Origin: Octopus vulgaris
Lineage: Eukaryota
NCBI GenBank assembly: GCA_951406725.2
Contig: OX597818.1
Span: 64,356,001-64,420,000, forward strand
Length of the DNA: 64,000 nucleotides
Direction of reading: 5' to 3'
Below the pieces are notes generated by a model that saw nothing but the letters and a program-made list of their open reading frames with translations, was not told where the DNA came from and did not search any database. Positions 13,950 through 25,908 of this stretch are shown here, piece after piece (position 1 is the stretch's first letter; the number at the start of each line of letters is the position of its first letter). A program made the position numbers and the translations under genes.

Positions 13950-14285
13950 TCAGTGGCAAAGCTTTGTAATAAGAAACTTGTTTCTCAGTTTCATGCATCC
14001 GGGTTCAGTGTCATCATGTCCAAGGGCATCTATTATTACTCTGAACTACCCAAAGTCTTAAGGGAACATTTAGCAGACAGAAGCTAACGGAAACCCTTGT
14101 ACATAAACATTTGTGTGGATGATGTGTGCGTGTCTTTGTATTTGTGTTTGACTTCACAGCCAGTTTATAACCGGTGTTGGGTATCTTTCAATACTAGGCT
14201 TAATAACTTTCAATACTAGGCTTAATAACCGGTGTTGGGTATCTTTCAATACTAGGCTTACAAAAACGTACTGGAATCGATTCGC
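13950..14285 (+). mobile_element. Highly diverged SINE family A copy with a local tandem duplication
   Basis: ccgggttcagt, agcagacagaagctaacggaaaccc, taaccggtgttgg; 35-bp direct repeat at 14168-14202 and 14226-14260. Confidence 0.5.
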
Positions 14286-14808
14286 GGTCAATTATAAGAT
14301 TCTTCAAAAAGATGAATCAGTTTGGCTGCAGTCTAATGATTGAAACAAGAAAAAGATAAAACAAATAAAAGAAACGAAATCGGATATGTCATGTACTGGT
14401 CTTCAAAGCAAATTTTACAGATATTCTTCAATAAATTACCAATAATCAGTTGGATTGCCACTGATTTGTCGTTCAACACAAACAAAGCACAGATGATAAA
14501 GTGAATTGCAAACATATTGCGGTGTAGATTTACAGCAGATCGATATGGCGCAGAACAAAAATGTTTACGTTGATGGAAAATTAACCCACGGTCAATCAGG
14601 AACAAGAAACCTTGTCATAAAATTGATTCCAGGCCTGAGAAATCCCACCTGATTAATTTGTTTCGTTTTCAGAGATAAACGTTAGAATCTATTAGGGAAC
14701 GGGTATTGCATCTTCGGGAGATTACTGCTTCATACGATGAGGATAAGACTTATATAAATATCTATATCTATATCACTTTCTACATCTATTTATCAATCTA
14801 TCTATCTA

Positions 14809-14842
<34 letters not shown>

Positions 14843-14843
<1 letters not shown>

Positions 14844-15054
14844 CGGGAAGCTTTATTAAAATAAACAAAAGACGAAGGCAGGTGGAGTACAAACAAACAA
14901 TTGTATTAGTATGGCGCTCAAGAATATAAATAAAACAAGTCTTTTACGTTTCGAGCCTACGCTCTTCAACAGAATGATACACAGAAAAGAAACACGGGGA
15001 GAAACAAGGAGAGAAAAAAATGCGTGCAGAAGCTAGCGATTCAACATGGCGATT

Positions 15055-15056
<2 letters not shown>
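14843..15056 (-). mobile_element. Small repeat family with a hammerhead-like CUGUUGA motif (also 28440-28670 - and 41104-41290 +)
   Basis: Minus strand CTGTTGA-A-GAGC-GTAG-GCTC-GAAACGTA-AAAGAC; three homologous copies, each beside a microsatellite. Confidence 0.7.
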
Positions 15057-15101
<45 letters not shown>

Positions 15102-15336
15102 CGTTTGTGTGTGTGTGGGTGAGTGAGTGAGTGTGTGTGTTAGCAATTTATTTAACTATAACGAGCTTTCATCTTTAGGATCGGCATTAAAAAGTTTGTC
15201 TGTAAACTTAGTTCTTCGATCTACGGCACACAATGACTGAGAACACGACTACATAGATTTGCAGAAGCTGCAAACACATTCCTATCAATGCGCTTATACA
15301 TACATAAATAGATACATACATACATACATACATACA

Positions 15337-15370
<34 letters not shown>

Positions 15371-15380
15371 CATACATAGA

Positions 15381-15714
15381 GTTGTGGAATTTAGCTGCCC
15401 TGTGTGTGATAGCATAAGGCTGAAGATCAGTAACATAGACAATACCTACGCTGAACTATTGAGAAATCTGTACATGCTGTATCCTGATTACAAGTTCAGG
15501 TTTATGCCTATAATTATTGGGGTTATGGAATATGTGAAACTTTGACTAAATACCAATATTGCGAAATTAGTCTTCTTAAAACCAGAAAAGTAAAAAGCTA
15601 ATTCCATGATTACAGATCCATCACCTCAATTTAAGAGTATGTAAAACATTGCAGTAGTTTATCATTTGAATATATATGAGCATGTCTAGATGAGCAACTC
15701 TATGCATGAGAATA
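15381..15714 (+). mobile_element. R4/Dong-like non-LTR retrotransposon 3' relic (restriction-like endonuclease C-terminus)
   Basis: Translates VVEFSCPVCDSIRLKISNIDNTYAELLRNLYMLYPDYKFRFMPIIIGVMEYV..RVCKTL; homologous to 35470-36230; stops and frameshifts present. Confidence 0.7.
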
Positions 15715-15716
15715 TA

Positions 15717-16250
15717 CACGGTGGACCAAAATGATCTGACACACATTTGGAGGCTTAATAAAAGCACAAAATAAGAAATAATGAAAAGAAAATTTTAATT
15801 TTCTGAATTTCCTTAAATTTAGAAAATGAAATCAGCTAAATGCTTTCCATCATTGTCAACACACTGTTGGAGATGTTCATGAAAGTTTCCGATTACTATG
15901 GGTCGTTTCTTCTGGAATGGTTGTTATTTCTACAAAAATTGCACGCTTTAATTCATCAATAGATCGAGGGCAATGACTGAATACTTTTGATTTTAAATAT
16001 CCCCACAAGAAGAAATCGCATTTCACCATTCCAGAAGAAATGATCCATAGAGTTATCGATAACCTTCAGGAACGTCTCCAACAGATTGTTGACAATGATG
16101 GGAAGCATTTTGCTGATTTAAGTTTTGAAACTTAATGAAATAAAATGGCATTATGTATACATTCTGAAAATGAAATTTTTCTTTTCATTATTTCTTATTT
16201 GGTGTTTTTATTAATCCTCCAAATGTGTCAGATAATTTTGGTCCACCCTG
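15717..16250. mobile_element. Tc1/mariner-superfamily fold-back element built from two inverted 3' ends
   Basis: TA|CACGGTGGACCAAAAT..ATTTTGGTCCACCCTG|TA, with about 200-bp inverted arms. Minus strand reads LWGYLKSKVFSHCPRSIDELKRAI..; plus strand reads TIPEEMIHRVIDNLQERLQQIVDNDGKHF. Confidence 0.85.
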
Positions 16251-16852
16251 TATATAGAAAGCAAAATACACAAATCTACATACACATATATGTGTGTATG
16301 TTTTAAATCATGCTTTGGAATTTGTAGCGATTGCCTAGATGTGTTCCCTCTGCAATTTTCCTTATCCTTCGATTTAGCTTGCAATGAGTACTTCTTAATA
16401 CAGCATATATGTTGTGAATTATACTAAAAAACATAGCTTATAACAAAATTTAATCTTATATATGCATGTGATTATGTATGTATACATACGCACATATATA
16501 AATACATATGTATATGCATGGGTGTATATATGTATGGATGTATGTGTGTGTATATTTGTATGTTAGTGCGTGTGTCATCGAACGATATGGGTATGTATAT
16601 ATATTTGTGATTATATTTGTGTATAACTAGAATAATTGGTGCGTTGGAAAGCTCATTGTTGTATAAATTCCCGCATGTAGGTTTCATGTACAAATACTGC
16701 CAATTAAATTTTATATATATTTCTTTAATTTGTCTCCTATAAATATATATACAACATAAAAAAGGGAAGATCGTGATGTCATTGATTAATGCCCAACTAA
16801 CTAATTTACTGGACTCGAGCCAAAAGTTAACACCTTCATTGCAAATTTTTGA

Positions 16853-16913
<61 letters not shown>
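16853..16913. repeat. (ATT)n microsatellite, probably the tail of the adjacent SINE
   Basis: Direct reading. Confidence 0.9.
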
Positions 16914-16916
<3 letters not shown>

Positions 16917-17121
16917 AAAAAGTTTTGAAATCTTGGCTGAAAGTTAGCAATGCCAGCGGTGTGTGTAAGCCAATGACATTGCTACTGGTTCTAATCTGAT
17001 CGACCCCGAAATAATGGAAGCCAAAGCTGACATCAGTGGATTTAAATGTGAGAACGTAAAGCGAAACGAAATCACACTAACCATTCTGCCCGGCGTGTTA
17101 ACACTTCTGATAGCTTATCGC
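16914..17121 (-). mobile_element. Old SINE family B copy
   Basis: atcgaccccgaaa.aatggaag.caaag, agaacgtaaa, gcccggcgtgttaac match the reverse complement of family B. Confidence 0.6.
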
Positions 17122-17171
17122 TCTCCCTCTCCCCCCTCTCTCTCTCTTTCTCATGTCACTGATTCTCTCTG

Positions 17172-17205
<34 letters not shown>

Positions 17206-17207
17206 TT

Positions 17208-17272
<65 letters not shown>

Positions 17273-18158
17273 AGATGTATTTATATATTTGTATATGCAT
17301 ACATATACACACGCACACATTTCTAATTCTTCTTTGTTAATGGGCTTAAATCGAATAAAGCAATTTTGTGTATGGATATCAACTCGTATCATCCCATATC
17401 TCATTACCTTTACTTATATAACCATGCCGTATTCTAGCATTTATAATAATATTTTTAATAGTCATTATAATGAGGTTAACAACAGCTGATTTGATAACGT
17501 TGGGTCACAGGTTTCAGCATGAATTGCTGTACAATTGCCCTATCACAAATGCAAATGTAGAAATCTTGCTAATTGTATCTTTGAGAATAAATGATTGTAG
17601 AAGGAACCGATGTACTAAGGTGATGCAATTATGTTCAACACATAATTCTCTATGTAACTGATTGAATTTTCACTGAACTAATCGGATGAAAATGGAAATA
17701 TCTGCTTCGTGGTCAAATTGTGAAGAAAAATAGCGAACCGCATTGATGAAATCAAAACGTGATATATTTGGTTAAGAGGTTTGGTTCAAGGACACATGCT
17801 TACAATTTAGATTCCGTTTTATGCGAGACTGTGCCACGGATTTCAGTTCAATTGCTGATCGGGGTGTGTCACAATATGAACGGATAAGATATGGGCGAAT
17901 TTATGCTCACGTCAATCACTATATTTAGGGGACATGATTTCAATCTTGCGATGTATCACTAAATTTCTATTTAATATGTCGTTTACAAGTTCTAGTAAAT
18001 ACGAGGGCAAGTAATGTCGTCCCCTATAACGAAGAATTAGATACAAACAGCTGATATTAATATATGTACTAAATGCGCACCTGTAAATATTTAGCACATA
18101 ACTGAGATTTTCGTTAAGCGTGATCCAAATTAAGATCAATCAATTATGATATTCCAGT

Positions 18159-18404
18159 GAAGGCGCGTGGCTCAGTAGTTAGGATGTCAGACTCATGATC
18201 GTAAGATTGTGATTTCGATTCCTGGACCAAACAACGCCTTGTGTTCTTGCGCAAACCACTTCATTTCACGTTGTTCCACTCCAGTAAGCTGGCAGGATTG
18301 AGTAACCCTGTGATGAACATGTGTCCTGTCCGGGTAGGAAATATATACACCATTGAAACTGGAAAACAGGCCCTCATGAGGCTGGCATGGTTAGAGAAGG
18401 AAAC
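18159..18404 (+). mobile_element. tRNA-derived SINE family D (CORE-like segment plus a second conserved-type domain)
   Basis: GGCGCGTGGCTCAGTAGTTAGG A-box, TTTCGATTCC B-box, gtgttcttgcgcaaaccactt, aaccctgtgatgaac..tcctgtccggg. Confidence 0.65.
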
Positions 18405-18853
18405 ATTTTTTAAAGGTATACTATGTTTATTTGTGTACAAATCCTACTATTTAATAATTCATTTTATCTGAAAAGCAGTTATGAGAATTTTACTGATAGC
18501 ACGTTTAAATAAGAATGAGAATGAAAGATTATAAGTCTTAAGGGTACGATCTTTGTACGAGAAAATACAATATTTAAGATAATATATACTTATTTTTTTA
18601 TCTCCATACACATATCACAGGCGTGTCTAAAATAAATATTCATGTTTTACCATTTCTCTTGCGGTAGTAGATCAGGTAATACAGATTCGAATTGTCATTT
18701 GCAGTGAAAACAATGCATCCAAAATCAGAACGAAATTCCTACATTGTGGCTGCAAAGTTAGACAAATATAAATGCATATATACATATACATACATATATA
18801 TATATATATATAGATATATATATATATATATATAGACATATATATATACACAT

Positions 18854-18905
<52 letters not shown>

Positions 18906-18968
18906 ATGTGTATGTATATGTGTATATATATATATATTGTATATATGTATGTATATGTGTATATATAT

Positions 18969-19041
<73 letters not shown>

Positions 19042-19844
19042 TACAGATATACACATGCATACATATATACACATGCATACATACATAAATACACACACAC
19101 ACACACACGTATATATACATATGTTTTGCACGTTCAGTGAAAGAAATTGTGTGCACAATATTCATGGGTCTGAATAGACACATGTTTATACTATTTAATT
19201 ACATTGACTCAAACATTTGTTTGAAGACATTACAAGAATACGTATCAATGCTGATACATAATTGTTCTCTTCAAAAAAATGATTACAGAAGGCTTCAAAA
19301 CCATGTAGGATGCATACTAAGCTCGATGTCTTCCACCACCCATGATTTCGTTGAATATTTCATGAAAGTGTAGTAAAATAAAATATTGCCAGTTTCGGGC
19401 AGCATCTTAAATATATGGATATCACATTTCGCCTCGTAATCCAGATCTGGTTACACAAATCAAATTCTTTTTAATATTTTTTTTCATTTCGAAATCCAGT
19501 AAATAGCTGATCCTCATTTTGTAACAGTGACACGAACTCTTAAATTAGGTAGTCTTTTTTCGGTTTTATGAGTATCCCGCATTGTACTGAATTCATTCAG
19601 TACAATGAGTGATTTCATTTGATGTGAATGCCGAAGTACAATACCACTCCCGCTATATGATTTCATAAAATAGCACTGATTCCACAAATGATTTACTTGA
19701 AATACAGATCAACACACAACCTCCAATAACTGTTCTAAATCTGAAGCAATCTTACATCGAATTAGTAATGCATTTACAATATGAATAATTAAAACCTTAG
19801 ATTCGTTTATAAGACTTCACAAACAGCCATATTTATGTATATAT

Positions 19845-20030
19845 GCAAAGGAGTGGCTGTGTGGTAAGTAGCTTGCTAACCAACCACATGGTTCCGGGTT
19901 CAGTCCCACTGCGTGGCATCTTGGGCAAGTGTCTTCTGCTATAGCCGCGGGCCGACCAATGCCTTGTGAGTGAATTTAGTAGACGGAAACTGAAAGAAGC
20001 CTGTCGTATATATGTGTATATATATATATA

Positions 20031-20089
<59 letters not shown>

Positions 20090-20290
20090 TTGTGTCAGTA
20101 TTTGTCCTCCTAGCATTGCTTGACAACCGATGCTGGTGTGTTTACGTCCCCGTCCAATAGCGGTTCGGCAAAAAGAGACCGATACAATAAGTACTGGGCT
20201 TACAAATAATAAGTCCCGGGGTCGATCTGCTCGACTCAAGGCGGTGCTCCAGCATGGCCGCAGTCAACTGACTGAAACAAGTAAAAGAGA
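19845..20290 (+). mobile_element. SINE family A, full length
   Basis: Matches the family A consensus from head to tail. Confidence 0.9.
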
Positions 20291-20520
20291 AAGAGAGAGT
20301 ATATGTTTTAATTTGGGCCATGATGATGTGTTTCCAAAATGTCTTCAGATAAATGCTCAAGGGAGATGCTCCTCCTCTCACATTGCTTCCGAGTATCATT
20401 TGGGGAATCTGTCGTTTGAATGATGAATAACATTCATGATTGAGACCGTTCAAATTTACTCCTCTATTTTTTTGTTTTTACGTAAACGCCGTAATTTCGA
20501 AATTTCATAGCAATTATATA

Positions 20521-20948
20521 TACTCTTTTACTCTTTTACTCTTTAACTCTTGTACTTGTTTCAATCATTTGACTGCGGCCATGCTGGAGCACCGCCTTTA
20601 GTCGAGCAACTCGACCCCGGGATTTATTCTTTTGTAAGCCCAGTACTTATTCTATCGGTCTCTTTTGCCGAACCGCTACGTAACGGGGACGTAAAGACAT
20701 CAGCATCGGTTGTCAAGCAATGCTAGGGGGACAAATACAGACACGCAAACACAGACACATGCATATACATATATATACATATATACGACAGGCTTCTTTC
20801 AGTTTCCGTCTACCAAATCCACTCACAAGGCATTGGTCGGCCCGGGGATATAGCAGAAGACACTTGCCCAAGATGCCACGCAGTGGGACAGAACTCGGAA
20901 CCATGTGGTTGGTTAGCAAGCTACTTACCACACAGCCACTCCTGCGCC
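20521..20948 (-). mobile_element. SINE family A, full length
   Basis: Matches the family A consensus; four tail units. Confidence 0.9.
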
Positions 20949-21489
20949 TAATACGCATAATTAAATAAACTTCATATCTACTCTAGCGATTTAGTCATTT
21001 AAGTTATTCACACAATCCAAACCGTACTTTCTGTGTATCCTAAGTTTAGATTCAATAGAAACGTTGTAAATTTAGACGGTCCACGAATACGCTTTGTTAA
21101 TATTCATATTTGAAGGGGCACAGAAGCGATCTCAGAATTTATTAAATTTCATTGACTGACACGTATGTAAAGATATATGGGAACCGCTCGTGACTTACAT
21201 ATTTAACCCTTATTCATAAAATAAAATATTAGAATTTAGTCGATGAAAATTTACAAGTTGATTATTAAGTAGATTGACAATACCTTACATACATACATTT
21301 ACAATTAAAAATGGCTATCCCTTGCTTTCTCCATATAGCTTAACCTTTTATCAACTGGTTTATCACTTAAGAAATTATTTATTTATACATTTTCGTTCCT
21401 ACATTTGATCCCTTTTTCTATGAGCCTCCATATTTACGGTAAAAGTTGACAAGTGTTGTTAAACAATAAAAAAAGTGAATGTTACGGTA

Positions 21490-21901
21490 GGCGCAGGAGT
21501 GGCTGTGTGGTAAGTAGCTTGTTAACCAACCACATGGTTCCGGGTTCAGTCCCACTGCGTGGCATCTTGGGCAAGCGTCTTCTGCTATAGCCCCGGACCG
21601 ACCAATGCCTTGTGAGTGGAATTGGTAGACGGAAACTGAAAGAAGCATGTCGTATATATGTATATATAAATACAAGTCTGTGTGTATATGTTTGTGTGTC
21701 TGTGTTTGTCCCCCTAGCATTGCTTGACAACCGATGCTGGTGTGCTTACGTCCCCGTCACCTAGCGGTTCGTCAAAACAGATCGATATAATAAGTACTGG
21801 GCTTACAAAGAATAAGTCCCGGGGTCGATTTGCTCGACTAAAGGCGGTGCTCCAGCATGACCGCAGTCAAATGACTGAAACAAATAATATAGAGTAAAGA
21901 G
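21490..21901 (+). mobile_element. SINE family A, full length
   Basis: Matches the family A consensus. Confidence 0.9.
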
Positions 21902-22278
21902 TTAGTAAGATTTATACTATATTTGCGAAAGTATGTCTAAGTTAAAGTCTGGAATTGGGTAAATTATTCTGTGGAAATAATCAGTCAACACGTAAATGAC
22001 GCATCCGGCATATCTAAGTGCCTGGCACTATATGAGTACTCTATGTTGAATAGCCAAGAAAAGCAGCAATATAAACAGCTCTTAACCATTAGAGCAGTTT
22101 ACCTTCCCGTTGAGCCTGTGGCAACCTGTTTTCACTACAGAAATTACCTTCAATAACAAGGAATATGAGCAGCTATAGGAAACCGCTATAGCTGAGTATG
22201 CAACATCGTAAATAAAGAAGACATGTTTTACTAGCAGTGAAGATATATATATATATATATGTATGATATATATATATG

Positions 22279-22370
<92 letters not shown>

Positions 22371-22374
<4 letters not shown>

Positions 22375-23269
22375 CATGTAGAGGTAGGTACGTACATATA
22401 TGTATATATATATGCATATGTTTTATTTATTAATATATTATATGAAGGAACGCACCCAACCCTTTCTAAGTAAGATTGTTCTTGATATTAATTTTGATGC
22501 GCAATCTTAACCTTTCTGTCTCGTCCGTTTCTCAGCCTTCATTCTTTGATTTCCTTTTCGTCTACTTAACTGTCTCTCCCTCTCTCTCATTCTTCACTCT
22601 CTCTCTCTCTCTCTCCTTCTCTCTCATTCTTCATTCTTTCTGGTTTCCTCACAACCATTTCCCTTTCTTCTCTCCCTTTCTCTTACTCCTCCTCCTCCCT
22701 CCCGCCGTTAACCCGCGACGAGAGCCTTGCCACCTTCTTTCTCGCCTGACCTTCTTGAGGTGTGGACGGCAATTTTCTTTGCCCCCTTCGCCGTCCACAG
22801 AAATAGCGTTCGTAATACTTTTTCTCGTTCGGCTTAACAGCCTTTCTTGTCTTGTTATTTTCCTTGTCCTGTCTTTTAATGCTTATATTTTGTACTGTCG
22901 TTACTGTCCTGGTTTTGTTACCATTTTTACCCCTCTGCAAAAAGATCTCAAATTTTATTTGATTTGCTTTTCAGGAGGAAAGTTTCTATCGAAGATACCT
23001 CTCGCCATCACCTTCGAAATGTAGAGTAGATGAAACCATGGCGACTGAAGAAGGGTTTTTTCCTTGTGTTATTTGTCCTGTACTCTATTTTTTTGTTGTT
23101 GTTTAAGAAAAATGTCCAGTTCCTTGGGTTTGTGTGTATGTTTTCGTTTCTCATTGTGTTCGATGTAGTTTTGGTGTCCTGTACTCATATATGCGTCTAT
23201 ATATATATGTAGAGGTAGCTACGTACATATATGTATATATATATATGCATATATTTTATTTATTACATA

Positions 23270-23270
<1 letters not shown>
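22371..23270 (+). mobile_element. Non-coding repeat with about 65-bp terminal direct repeats (partial-tandem, PLE-like architecture)
   Basis: atgtagaggtag.tacgtacatatatgtatatata..gcatat.ttttatttatta occurs at both 22377-22433 and 23208-23265; 23000-23270 recurs at 32650-32915 (-). Confidence 0.6.
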
Positions 23271-23318
<48 letters not shown>

Positions 23319-23334
23319 AGCATTGAGAATATAA

Positions 23335-23670
23335 TGAACAAGTTTGGTTGAATGACAAAGTTTAAATGCTGCTGGATCTCACTCTTAAGATATTGGAATC
23401 TTACATATATACCATTCTGCCTAAAAGGTGGATCTACAACATCAATATCACTACACATCTTGCATCCATTTTCTTTCCTTCGCCTAACTCTGTATTTTGT
23501 ATCACATCTAGACTAACTATGACTTAACTATCCGCTTACACCCTCTCCGATGAAGGGATATAACTAATAAATATCCTGGAAACAGCTGTAAGACCTTCTA
23601 TCTATAAATGTTCTAATATCTACACAACCTTTTTTTTTATCTCATTACGCAAAAAATTATTTTATCTATA
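23335..23670 (+). mobile_element. Second copy of the 170-455 family
   Basis: Shared blocks as listed for 170-455. Confidence 0.6.
23543..23595 (+). ncRNA. Minimal hammerhead-like motif, CCGAUGA core variant
   Basis: TCT-CCGATGA-AGGGATAT/ATATCCTG-GAA-ACAGCTGT-A-AGA; palindromic stem III ACAGCTGT, GUA site. Confidence 0.55.
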
Positions 23671-23674
23671 TATA

Positions 23675-23727
<53 letters not shown>

Positions 23728-23740
23728 CTCTATCTATCTA

Positions 23741-23803
<63 letters not shown>

Positions 23804-24029
23804 TCGTATATGTATATATGTGTGTGCGTGTGTGTCTGTGTGTAAATGGATATTATATAGATAGATAGATATAAATTTCATCATTTCTCCGAGACAAAGT
23901 TGTAACAAATTTTATTGATATAAATATTCGCTTTACACGTGATATGTTCCATTAAAAAATATATATCTATCAGTTTTGCTTTATTGATTTTATTGCGCTA
24001 CTTATGTTGACTATATTATTTTATTGCAG

Positions 24030-24480
24030 ATTTTCTGATTTCATACAATCTGTCAGCAATTTTATGTATATTTACTGGTAATTTAAAAACGTTCTTTACG
24101 CAGATATATTTTGTTATATTGTATAATAGAACGCTGAAGCATATATTTTGAACGCATCATATGTGAAAATATTTTGCTTTTTAAGCAAACGGATAATAAG
24201 TGTTCTACATGTATTTAATTATCCTATTATTTACTTATTTATTTCTGCAATTGTAATTCTTTTTCAGTGGAGAACGGAAGGTGCCCAGGCTATGATACTT
24301 TCAAAATAAATCCTGACTGGTATTTGCGAGTTGAATCACATCCTTGGAGAAGTTGGCAAAATGCTAATAAACAATTTTTCTTTTATGAAGAAGCAATCGT
24401 CCGTTTGCCATTCTAAAATGGTCGATATATTCCTTTTTTGACCCAGGAATATGAATCACTTTTAGTTCTTCGTTTTAAAG
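24030..24480 (+). pseudogene. Possible two-exon relic of a secreted C-type-lectin-like protein
   Basis: ttattgcag|24030-24077|gtaatt and ttttcag|24268 join in phase to give FLISYNLSAILCIFTVENGRCPGYDTFKINPDWYLRVESHPWRSWQNANKQFFFYEEAIV; in-frame TAA at 24414. Family assignment is by eye only. Confidence 0.3.
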
Positions 24481-24540
24481 TCTCTCCGAACAAAAAATAT
24501 AGAAGGAATATTTTACTTGATATGACTATACATACATACA

Positions 24541-24838
24541 TATCGACAATACGGCACAATTATTTCACCTCCATTGGACCCGCTATCTTCAACATTACAC
24601 CAGGACACGTCAAAACAGAAACTGACCACACAAAATTCAAGAAGTCTTTGGACAAATTCCTTCAAACAGTCCCGGACAAACCACCCACGCCCGGATATGT
24701 CACCGCAAACAATAACTCTCTGCTCGAATGGTCCTTGGTGCCCAAATCCTGAATTGAAAGACTTCGCCAGGTGGTGCTGTTAAGTCAGACATGGCCTGGG
24801 CCAATACTGGCCAAAACCTTTCTAAGTTATTCTAAGTT
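24541..24838 (+). mobile_element. CR1/L2-group LINE 3' end (ORF2 C-terminus, 3' UTR and tail)
   Basis: STIRHNYFTSIGPAIFNITPGHVK..FKKSLDKFLQTVPDKPPTPGY..NNSLLEW*, then CAGGTGGTGCT..GGCCTGGGCCAAT and a (TTCTAAGTTA)x2 tail. Confidence 0.75.
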
Positions 24839-25771
24839 ACATATATACATATATACATACATACATACATACACACAGACAAACATACATACATGCATAG
24901 ACAAACACATATGTCCTTTAAGTTCATTTACGGAAAGTCTCTGTGTAGCTCAAATTAATAAAGCTCATTTTATTATGTCGTCTGCATATCTATTTGTAAT
25001 ATTAGTTTTAAGCCGATATAGTGTAGAAGAGATATGGTAATATCCTTCCTAGAATGGAAAAATAATTTTTGAAACACAAAAAATACAAATCTTCATTCGC
25101 ATATAATGGAACAATGGAAGGATTTATAAACCAACTAAACGAAAAGAAAAAAATTCCTGCTGTATGCAATATCCTGGTAACACCAGAATAAATAAAAAGG
25201 ACCCTTTAAGAGAACGCCATTTAACAACTCAGGCAATGCACCTCCACAACGGAATAGTTTTACTTCCTGACCCTGCAACGTCTGAATTCATTGAGGAAAC
25301 GCATGATGTGACTAAGGTCAAGCTAATGAACTGTACTGTCCATCCCTACATCTGCATACACAAATATCAAAAGAGTCTAACATAACCACACACTCCTCCA
25401 CCTCTTTAATGAATTATTATTCCTTTCTCTCTATCCATCACCTTCTATTCTTCCCTACCACATTCACACAGAAATGCCGACACAATTCAGTCGAACTTTT
25501 AATTGGTGAAAATTGATAAACTTCCTTCGTTTATACATTCGTTGCTTCCAAATTTAGTGCCATATAACCGCCTGAAGAAGTGAATGCATGAATTATGACC
25601 CACCCGATCACCATGGATACTACAGACTCTACTGTAATACTCTCAGGAATACAGGCTATGATCGTAAGAAACACGTAAGTAGTGGATACGCGTGTAGCAT
25701 AGCATGAAATATTCATAAATTTTATGTATGGCCTATTATTATAATGTTATTATTAATATAATTACATATGT

Positions 25772-25908
25772 GATGGACTTCTTTCAGTTTCCGTCTACCG
25801 AATCCACTCACAAGGGTTTGGTTGACCAGAGGTTGCAGAAGAAGTCATTTGCAGAACGTGTCACGCGATAGGACTGAACCAACCCGGAATCATTTATTTG
25901 GGAAACAA
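25772..25908 (-). mobile_element. Old SINE family A fragment
   Basis: cttctttcagtttccgtctacc.aatccactcacaagg. Confidence 0.7.

Noticed and set aside
14672-14750. Acceptor followed by GY.IFG/DYCF lectin-like peptide
   Set aside because: Stops occur in all frames immediately after the acceptor, and the similarity is too short.
25567-25685. CTGAAGA..GAAACACGTA hammerhead-like spacing
   Set aside because: Stems I and II do not pair convincingly; it may be an old relic but is not supportable.
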